Assembly: GCF_021028975.2 (NCBI RefSeq) | Contig: NC_059430.1 | Coordinates: 90,582,001-90,646,000, forward strand | From: Sphaerodactylus townsendi | Taxonomy: Eukaryota | Direction: 5' to 3' | Length of the DNA: 64,000 bases | In this document: positions 54,288 through 64,000 of the stretch, piece by piece | Numbering within the stretch: the stretch's first letter is position 1 | Layout: each line of letters starts with the position of its first letter | Translations under genes and position numbers: made by a program | The notes under the pieces: generated by a model | The model's input: the letters and a program-made list of their open reading frames with translations, nothing else | Databases searched by the model: none | Told to the model about the DNA's origin: nothing

Positions 54288-57200
54288 TGGCATGTGAATC
54301 AAAGGAAGCACATGGTGACTTACAGCATTTAATTAATTCATGTATTTATTCAAGCACTGTAATGTGCTCAGAATGTAGTGGGGTGACCACAGCCTCATCT
54401 GGATGGTCCATGAAGGCAGATCATTGCAAACAGATGAAACCACTTGGTTTGTCCTCCATCTTGGATAATGACTTTGGGATGTGAGCGGGACAATAAAAAG
54501 TAGCAATAATTTCCATGAGGAGAATGATCCTGTAACTCGCTGAGGAAGTTGTTGAAGTGCTGATCAGTGAGGTTCCTGGTAGCCAGGAGTAAGCTGAGCT
54601 GACTTCCAATGCAGCTGGCAGAACTGCTGGGGTTGCCTGGTTGTGGCCTGGGTGCTGCTTCCCAGTTTAGAGCCAGTCAGGTCCTGTGGTGCTGCCAGTG
54701 TTGCTCAGTTTAATTCAGCTTGTTTAATTCAGCTCAGTTTAATTCAGCTTGTTCCTACAGATTTCAAATTTCATATCCCTAATGTTTTGATCCCCAAATC
54801 CCATTTTCACTTGGCTTCTCCTTTTTGCAAATTGAACCCCTGGTGTTTTATTTTGGGGTCCTTTTCATTTTCCTATCTTTGTTTTTTCCCCCCATTAAAA
54901 TGATCTTCATCCTATATTCCTCTTACTGATTTTTTCCAGTAGGAAGTTCAAGTGTGTGACAGTCAGTGCTGAATAAAGCCATTACAAAATGTGCACAATT
55001 GTAGCAAGTGTACAAATGATCATACATGGTATTTTCTATCAGTCCCTAAATTTCTGTTTTGGTGTAAAGTGGAGATCCTTTCAATCAATTTGTTAACCAC
55101 TTGGAGCAAACAATGTTTGGGAAAGCAAGATAGGGAAAAAATAAATATATAATAAAATAATGGGCTGAATTTGGCCTCTGTAATACTATGCACAGACATG
55201 CCAATTTCTCATCATTGAGTTGGAGCTCATGAATCTGTTTAACTAATGGTAGCACCTTCTTTACGTGTGCTGGAGGAAGGCAGCACTATCACCAGGACAG
55301 ATCTGCAAGATTTAATTCAGCTTTGTACAGGGACAGGAAGCAAGTATCATTAGGTAATAGTTGAGTAACAAGACAATTTATCAGGTAACATGTTTGCTCA
55401 ACAGCCAGTTAATCTTCCCAGAAGGACTGGCATGCAGTAGCTTGGAAGGCATTTCTGAAACAGACGGCATTCTGTGCTGCCAATGCTCTGCAGTAGTTCT
55501 GAGCAACTAATCTCCTCTTCCACATGCCATGACAGTGCTTGGCAAGAATCCAGAGCTCTTTATGCCTCCTGGTGTCATGTGAGGAGAAGAGATAGTCCAT
55601 TGTCCACCTACAGTGAAACTGGTGATAAAAAAAGGAAGCCCTGAAACACTAGCTACTGTTAGCAGGAATTCAGCCATAGAGAGATGGTGTCAAGAGGACA
55701 CAGGCTTGGTTCAGCCTCCCATACTATACTCATATCCTGGGTCATTGTAAGCTCTACAGAATTAATTCATGGGCCCAATGGAGAGAGAAGTGTACGGGCT
55801 TTGTGGAATCCAGCGCAGAGGATGATTCCTGTGTACAAAAAACAACCAGCCTTTTCAGGAAATTATACTTTGCTGAGCATTCTCAAAAATATCATCTGCG
55901 TTACCAACATAATAGCTGGTCCTCAAGGGGAAAGGAATTAGAGAGGGAGGGGGGTCTTTTAGTCGGTGAGGTTCTTTTTAAGAAGGTACTGGGAATGGCC
56001 AGTGTTTATGTCATACCTAGTAAATTGCAAGCGCATATGCTGAGCATGGGGAAGCATACAGGCACTCAAACAGACTACATACCAGATACTGGCACTTTCC
56101 ACAAAAGCCACTGAAAATGTTTGGCAAACTCAAAGCGATTCTTGGTAGCCATTTTGTGGTCATTCTGTGTCCTTTTTTTAAAAAAAAACTCTGTTGCTCC
56201 AATGCTACAAGACAATGCTACAAAGCCTTGTGCTGTGATTCTCTAGGGGCTGTGTCTGTGTAGCTACATAGACACGATTCCCCTGAAATTAAAAAAAAAT
56301 TACGGAAATGCAGCTCGTGATGTTTGGCACGAGCACTGAAAATCGCACCAAAGAGGAAGCTTGGGGATTGCAAAGAGGCATGGGAAACATTTTAAGAGAC
56401 CACATGGCAAGTATAAATGTTTTCAAAAAAGAATAGCCAGGGATCAGCATGCAAATAAAACGTTTTCAGGCACGAAATAAAATGTTTTGGGCTAAAAACC
56501 ATGCAGAACTCCATGGAGGAAACATTTTATTTCCTGCCTCAAAGCATTTTATTGTGTTGTGCAAAAAGGGTTACTGTCAAGAAAAATGTTGCATACCTTG
56601 TGTAGCTCCCTTAGGCTGATGCTCATTAAGCTAGATGGGATGTGCATTCAGATCAAATCAAGCCTACTTTAAATCCAAAATGAGCCATTTAGGGTTGGTT
56701 CAAGGATATCCCAAATGACCCAAAACACAATGTTCTGGGAGTAATGAAAATTTCACTCCTGGAATTTCAAAAATGTTTGATTTGGGGAGAATAAGAAGTA
56801 AGGAGGGTGAAAGAAGAAGCTGGTCTGCCAAACAGCTGTCACTCCATATCTCTGTCCCTTTAGATTTTAAAGGAACTAGAAGATACCACCACCACCCCTA
56901 CCAACTGATGCTATCCAGCAACTTTTAGCTGGGTAGAGGTGCTACTGAAATTGGAGATAATGGTATGTTATTTCCTATGGGCATTTAATTGTGAGGCAGA
57001 CTTCCCCAAAGGTAGACAGCCCATCCCTATACATAATTGGGTAAGGGTTTGAATGTCTGACGAATGTCTGATGAATGTCCAAAGCCCTGTGTGTCCTACA
57101 CTTCAATTGGCCATTGCCACCTGTGGAGCACCTGCTCTGCAGCCTGGCAAAAGCCTCCCCTGCCCCCCAAGCTGCACCAGGCCAAAGAGGGACAGCAACA

Positions 57201-57621
57201 CCCTCACCCTCCGCCCCAAAGCCATGCCAGGCAGAAGAGGGCCGGCAACACCCTCCACCGCCCCTTCCCAGCCCACCCCTAGCCATCCCAATTCCCCTAC
57301 CACTAGTCATCCTTTGCCACCTTTCCCAACCCCTTCCCACCCTCCTCCACCCTAGCCACCCTTTGCTACCCTCCCCAATCCCTAGCCACCCTTCCACCCC
57401 TAGCCATCCCTTGCCACCTTCTCCAACACCTGCTCACCACTTGATGATCCCCCTGTTTGGACTCAGTTGCTGTCTGCCCACCAAGTCAGCATCATTGGGC
57501 AAGAACCACAATTACCTGGAAATCTTCTGCCAATGAATAGGCTAATGAGAACCCTACTTATGTCTTGTGGGTTTTTTTTCACATGGGTCCCGTGATCCCC
57601 AGCAGATACGTTTTGATGATC

Positions 57622-57875
57622 AGAAGAAGAAAAAGAGTTGAATTTATACCCCTTTCTCTTCTATAGGAGACTCCAAGGGGCTTACAAACTCCTTTCCCTT
57701 CCCCCCCTCACAACAAACACCCTGTGAGGTGGGTGGGGCTGAGAGAGCTCAGAAGAACTGTGACTAGCCCAAGGTCACCCAGCTGGCATGTGTTGGAGTG
57801 CACAGGCTAATCTGAATTCCCCAAATAAGCCTCCACAGCTCAGACAGCAGAGCGGGGAATCAAACCTGGTTCCTC
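57622..57875 (-). mobile_element. tRNA-derived CORE-type SINE (Squam3-like), 5' truncated
   Basis: High identity to 12700-12993. Confidence 0.8.
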
Positions 57876-59716
57876 AATGGCACTGGTGCTCCTTCTCCTT
57901 CTCTCTTGCCTGCTCAAGTCCCATATAAGTTCTACCCCATCTTATAATGTCTATTTTCATTGACACTACATCCTAATGTTGTTACAACATGCACATCCAT
58001 GCTTCATATCATTGACTGTTAACATAAGGAGAATTCAAAATGATAGGTCTGATGTTAATGCCAATAAAGGCCTTGCGTTTGTGTTTGATATGTCTAAAGT
58101 TTTGGTTGGCAGATGAGATTACCTTTTTTTTCCTAAGCTTATTTCCAGTAAATGGCATTGATGGCTAAAATATTCTTGTTCCAGTGACAACTAGTGGGTT
58201 TAATGACTGGTAGCTTCCAGCTTAGACACACCCACTTGCTCAGTCAGCAGCAAAAGCCAAACAGGTTACTGTTTAATTGATTAATGCTATTTATAAACCA
58301 CCTTTCAACATTGGTCCATAGGTGTACATACTCGTAAAATACTAAAGTTTAAAACACATCCAAGGTTGAGTTTGGTATGCAACTACCAAAAGAGAAGCAA
58401 GTCTTAAATTCTGCCATTGGAAGTAAGCCTGGGAAGGAGGAATGCAAGTCTCCCTTGGTTTTTGAGAGAACTGATTCTTCTTTAAAGACCAGCACTGTTT
58501 ATCTGGAGGCCTGCCTGCTTCCCCGTGTTCAACATATGTCTACGTGAATAAACATACCATAAAACCACCATCCATCTCCATTACTCATTTTTAAAAGGAC
58601 TCTAAAATATTACTCTTGGAAATTGGAGAATGAAGAAAGCAAAACCGGCATTCATTCTCTCAAAGCAGAACATGATTTATTTATATTTAAATGTCTTTAT
58701 ATTTAAATTCACTTCAGGAGGAGTTAAAGGGCAGAGACATAAAGAAGATTATGTCAAAAATGTTAAAAGATCATGAAGGGCTGAAAGGAAAAAGACAATT
58801 GTTAGAATCATTTTGGGCATTAAAACAAGAATTCCAGCTTGTCACCAGCAGAGCTAAACCAAAATCCAGACGCCTCTGAAGATCTGAAGTGGCAGATAGT
58901 TCTGAGAAGATAATAGAATCTTAATAATGCAACTCCATCAAATGATGAGATCAGTCAACACTCCAGGCCATATATTCTGCTAGTACATAAAGGTCTGTAC
59001 TGGCACTCGTTTATTTCCAGGCTCAGTTCAAAGTTCTGGTTCTTTGCTTTGAAGTTCCAAACAGGCTGGAAATGTGCAACCTAGACATCCTGAGATAATC
59101 TTCTGAGGTTCTCTTCCATGTACCCCTGCCTTCAGAAATGGGGCAGGTAGCCACTGGGTCAGGCTTTTCAGTTTTAGCATCTGCATTGTGGAATACCATT
59201 GTCCTACTGAAAAAAACTAGACTTTTGGTATCTTTCTGGTGGTTTGTTATTTACCCAATACTGATTTTAGATTATCTTTGAGGATCAGGCTAGGAACTTC
59301 TAAGATCAGATCTTTTGGTGATACCCTGCTTTTAAAGCTCTTTGATGATGTTTATTAATTAGCAGTAGGCTTTGCTTTCTGAAAGCATGCTATTTGAACA
59401 TATGTGAATACTTTGCTGGGCTTACAGTCAGAGAGTTATATTAATATTTTAACGCTGCTTAATATAATATTATCATTGGTAATTTCTTATGTTTTTGTTT
59501 TTATTATGCTTCATGTACAATGCTTTTATTTGTAAACCACCATTCCCCCCCCCCCCAGAGAGTAGAATGTATCGTAGTACAGTGAGTAAGGGAATAAATT
59601 TGGGTCTTGGCCTTAAAGTTGCCTCTTCTTTAAGCATGCCCATTTTATACCTCTCTGTCCCATCTGTACTTAGTTCAGTTCTTGACTAGACCCTATTTAG
59701 CCACATATTCCAAATA

Positions 59717-60428
59717 CAAAGGCGTGGCTACCAAGGGGACAGGGATACGTGTTGCACCGGGCGCACGCCTTTGGAGGGCGGGGGCGCAAAAAATTCAAGC
59801 TCATTTGTTTTTTTGTAATTTTAGTGTTTTTTCAGTTTTTGGCCTGCAGAGGGCACGGTTTTTAGGCTAGCAGCACCAAAATTTCAAGGACTTTTGGGGA
59901 GATTCTTCTAATAATACCACCCAGGTTTGGTGAGGTTTGGTTCATAGTGTACAAAGGTATGGACTTCCAAAGGGACCCCCTGAACTAAACTTCACCAAAC
60001 CTGGGTGGTATCATCAGGAGAGTCTCCTAAATATCTCCTGAAAGTTTGATGCTTCTAGCTTAACAATTACACCCCTGACAGCAGGCACCCCCCAAATTTC
60101 CCCAGATTCTCCTTTTAAATCCACCCCCTTCGGTATGAATTTAAAGGGAGAATCTGAGGTCCCCAGTTTAAACATTGAATGTGATGCTGTTTCAGGGTGG
60201 GGGAGAATCCACCCCAAAACAGCATCACTTTCAATGTTGTTTTAACTGGGGACCCCAGATTCTTCCTTTATGGTGGATTTAAAAGGAGAATATCAGCTCC
60301 CTTGTTTAAACACCATTGTAAGTGATGCGGTTTGGGGGTGGATTTCAGCATCACAGCGGCCGCCCATGGAGGGGGGACGCAAAACTCAGATTTTGCACCG
60401 GGTTCCATTTTTCCTAGCTACGCTTCTG
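59717..60428. mobile_element. 712-bp non-autonomous hAT element
   Basis: Imperfect TIR CAAAGGCGTGGCTA / TAGCTACGCTTCTG; perfect 8-bp TSD TCCAAATA; internal inverted repeats. Confidence 0.85.
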
Positions 60429-62322
60429 TCCAAATAACATCTTTGTATATTTAAATTTCCAAAATAGACAAATTGATGCAAATGAAAAGACTCATCAACT
60501 CACAGATCAAAATAAATTTTTGACAAACGACATGGAAGGCATGGCCTTCAAACACTTCCCACTGTGACTGCCAACCTCCAGGGATAGCGGGAAACCTCCT
60601 GGGATTACAACTGATCTCCAGACATCATAGATGTGTTCACTTGGAGAAAATAGCTGCTTTGGAAGTTGGACTCTATGGCATTATACCCCATAGAAGTCCC
60701 TCTCTTCCCCAAACCCCACCTTCCTCAGACTGCACCCCCAGCCTCCAGATATTTCCCAACCCTACTTGCCGTGGTATTCCTACAGATTTTATTTTTTATT
60801 TATTTGCTAGCTTCATTTTTACATGTTTTTTGTCTCCAATGAGGACCCAAAGTGATTTACTTTGCTTAATCCTCCCAACAATGCTATGATGTAAATTACA
60901 ATGATATGGGGTTGCCAACCTACAAGGTGGGCCTGGAGATTTCTCAGAACAGCCATTGATCTCCAGAGATCAGTTCCCCTGGGGAAAAAAAACAGCAGCT
61001 TTGGAGGTTAGACTTTATGGCATGTTTCCCTTCTGGGCTCATCTCTTTACCAAACCCCACCCTACCCAGGGTCACCTCCAAAATCTCCAAGCTGGAGTTG
61101 GACACCCTAGCTGAGAGTGACAGGCTAAGGTCACCTGGGTCTTTTTTCATTCTAACCACTACATCACACTGGGTTACAACTCTATGTTTTTAGGCCTAAT
61201 CTCTGATCAGTGGTTTTTGTCATGACTTACTGCTAGATTAACCAGCCTGGCTGGAACTCTATGCTTGTTGACTTAATGAGTCAATTGCAAACAAAACAAA
61301 ACAAAACCCTGAAAGGACTTCATTCCGGTGTGGCTTGTGGGATGCCAGTCAGAAAAAAAGCCCCTGAAAGCACAGAAGGATTTTTCAATGGATTTGTGGA
61401 GTGACAAGAACCCTAAAAGGTGTTTGAAACAGGAACTGAAACATTGATACTGAAATTATCTAAATTGTCTTATGCAAGACAAAAAAGAAAGCACAGTAAA
61501 AGCTGAATCAACAATACACAGGATCCATCTGTGTGGCGTCTGCTTAGGAGACAGCTCCCTCTGTGATAATAATTAGCCAGGAAGTGGGCACTGCTGCCTG
61601 ACTCCTCTGATGCTGAAAGAGAGGTCTGCTTCCAAGAAAGCAACAACCAGAGGAACATTGTTGAACATCAACATTATCTACAAACTAGTCAAGATAAGGA
61701 AAAGGTTGGCACAGCCTTAATTCCCTGTGTGGTCCTGATTGTTCAAAAAAAGATGAGGGAAGAGAAGGGGATTATGGCTGTGCCTGGATGAGAATATGAC
61801 TAATAAAAAGAGCTGTCTGTACACAGACCCACAGCAATTTCTGATTGTCTGAACACTGGGCTGTTATTGCTATAGTGTGTAGTGCTAAATAGATTAATGA
61901 GAATCCACAGGTTTTTTACACAGAAGGAATTACATCAGGTGCATATAAATAGGGCCATCTAAATTAGCATTTGTTACTAAACCAGCAGAAAATTTCGTAT
62001 TTTAACAAACAGCAAGGAAGTCTATTGATCTGATGCAAATTGTTCACTTGTCTAGTTTTCCTAAACAGAGAGTTTGGCAATCACTAATAAACATGGGGGG
62101 AAATAGAGCAGCATCACATTTTCCCCAGCTTTACTGGAAACCTCTTGTATACCATCTACAGCCTCATAATTAACCAGAGTAAACCCGCTTCCCTGCCTTA
62201 ACTGCAGTTAAGAGATAGGTCTGCACAATAGCAGAGAAGGCAACAGCAAGTCAAATTTCTATGTTTATCCAGGATCTTTATCCAGGATCTTGCCAGTAGT
62301 GAAATCTGGTTAGCTTAGCAGC

Positions 62323-62937
62323 TATGCTGCCAGCAAACAGGGTGTGGTCAGATCCAGCCTCACAGGGCCAAACGGGGCAGGCAACGATGTAGTCAGAGAA
62401 CAGTCCAATGGGTCAGGGCAGGTGGCTGGCAAAAGTGTAGTCAGAAGTCAGTCTAATGGGTCAGGGCAGGCAACAGGCAAAAGCTTAGTCAAGAGTCAGT
62501 CTACAGTACAGGAGATCAGATAAACATGCTGGGAATCAGCAGTAGATCAGGCACACAGAGGCACCGGGGCAGAACCTAGCTCAAGGCAAGGCTTATATAC
62601 AGAGCCTTGCCTACGGGCCTGGGATTCTGCAAGGAGTTAATCCTCATCAGATGCAAACACTTCTATCTTCCCATATCTTGCTGCAAGAAGAGCACTTCTT
62701 TTTTCCTGCAGCAGCTGGCTCTGCTTTAGCCTTCTGTGCAAAGCTGGCTCATCACTGGGTTCCTTAGGGAGATCTGCAGGCTCTTCTACCTGCTCAGCAT
62801 CAGGCAGGGAAGGGCTGGGAGTTGGCTCTGCTGCCTGCTCTTCCTCATGAGCAACCAGCTCTGGTTGCATCATGTTGTCAGGTCCTGCATCAGAATCCTC
62901 TGAGTCCTGGTAAGTACCCTGGGGCTGGCTCATGACA
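62323..62937 (-). mobile_element. Solo LTR (Gypsy/ERV-like), 615 bp
   Basis: Minus strand begins TGTCA and ends GCATA (CA mutated to TA); 5-bp TSD GCAGC at 62318-62322 and 62938-62942; TATATAA near 62593-62599 on the minus strand. Confidence 0.7.
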
Positions 62938-64000
62938 GCAGCCAAGAATCCTGGTTAAGTTGGATTGCCAACCCCCATTTACGTCTGATTTCCAGACTAC
63001 TGGACAGGGTTGGCAAACTTTTGGCATTTGTTTCCTGCCACCATTTCACATGTGGAAATTAATATTCCGTATAATTTGTCATTTCTGGATTATAGTAAGA
63101 TTGCACGATTGATATGAAACTATGATGGACCTAAGGGAAATGGTGTATAAAAGCTCCCTTTTGTATAATGCTACTTCAAAGCTAGGAGCACACAGAGGCA
63201 AAAAAAAACTAACACTGAAGGGTTAATTCCTCACAGAGCCTATGGCAATGAGCAACATGTGAGTGGGTGGAGTTTAGAACTTAGTCAGAGCTACTGACTT
63301 ATTGTTGGCTGGAACTCTTGGAACCAGAACGTTCAGACATATTAAGTACCTGTGTATAGACCTGTGGCATTTACAGAGAATAAATATTTGGGAGAAAGGA
63401 GCCTACTCTAACCAAAGAGGGGAATAAACCTCTAGGAAAAGAATTCCTAGCCCAGGTTCTAAAAACAGAGCTAGTTAATTTCCTGAACTAGAAGAGAGGG
63501 AGCTGGCTGAATGAAACAGATGATGTCAGATAGGGACCAATCTCTAGCCAGTTCTGAGATGGATTTACTTCAAAAGGTCTGAAGTGATCCTACAGTTTGG
63601 GGATGTCTGAAGGGAAAAAGAAAACAGGGTCAATACTCTTCCTTCCAGATTCTGGGCACCAGAATTTATACATGAAACTTCAAGTACAAATCTTAGTCAA
63701 AGATGTAATATAACGAGAAAATCTGTCTTACTTCAAAGACATTAGAAATCTGTATTGAACTGAAATCTTACCAAACAGCCAAATCTGAGCTGCACTATTA
63801 CAAACATCTTAATTTTTTAAATGTTTGCTTATTTCCTTCTCACCAAATTTATCCCCACCCGTATCCTATTCCCCTGAGGAGTTGAATAAAATTTGGATGT
63901 TTTATGGCCGAACTTGAAAAGTCTCTCGTGTGAAAATCTGAGATCAAACTCAGGAAAGAAAGGAGGGGGTGGCAATCCCCTTTGTTTTTAAAGTGGATTC

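Overview
Vertebrate genomic DNA. The repeat content (Sauria-type SINE, 5S-Sauria SINE, CR1, DIRS) points to a squamate, probably a gecko; the species is an inference. Four intact multi-exon genes were reconstructed by hand with GT-AG junctions and consistent phases. They form two head-to-head pairs: MEIG1 (-, 3 coding exons, 113 aa) with DCLRE1C/Artemis (+, 14 exons, 715 aa), and HSPA14 (-, 14 exons, 505 aa) with CDNF (+, 4 exons, 187 aa). Each pair shares a CpG-rich bidirectional promoter. The most notable point is what is missing: SUV39H2, which lies between DCLRE1C and HSPA14 in the human locus, is not recognisable here, and the two stop codons are only about 2.5 kb apart. Other notable items are an Artemis DNA-PKcs-binding motif change (L401-R402 to S-G), an apparently shortened Artemis C-terminus, an extra N-terminal coding exon in MEIG1, and a MANF-type RTDL tail on CDNF. 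The introns carry a structurally complete non-autonomous Helitron, a DIRS tyrosine-recombinase relic, two LTRs and several MITE families with target-site duplications. Most ORFs in the supplied track are spurious or repeat-derived. Comparisons to human proteins and repeat families are from recall, not from a database search.
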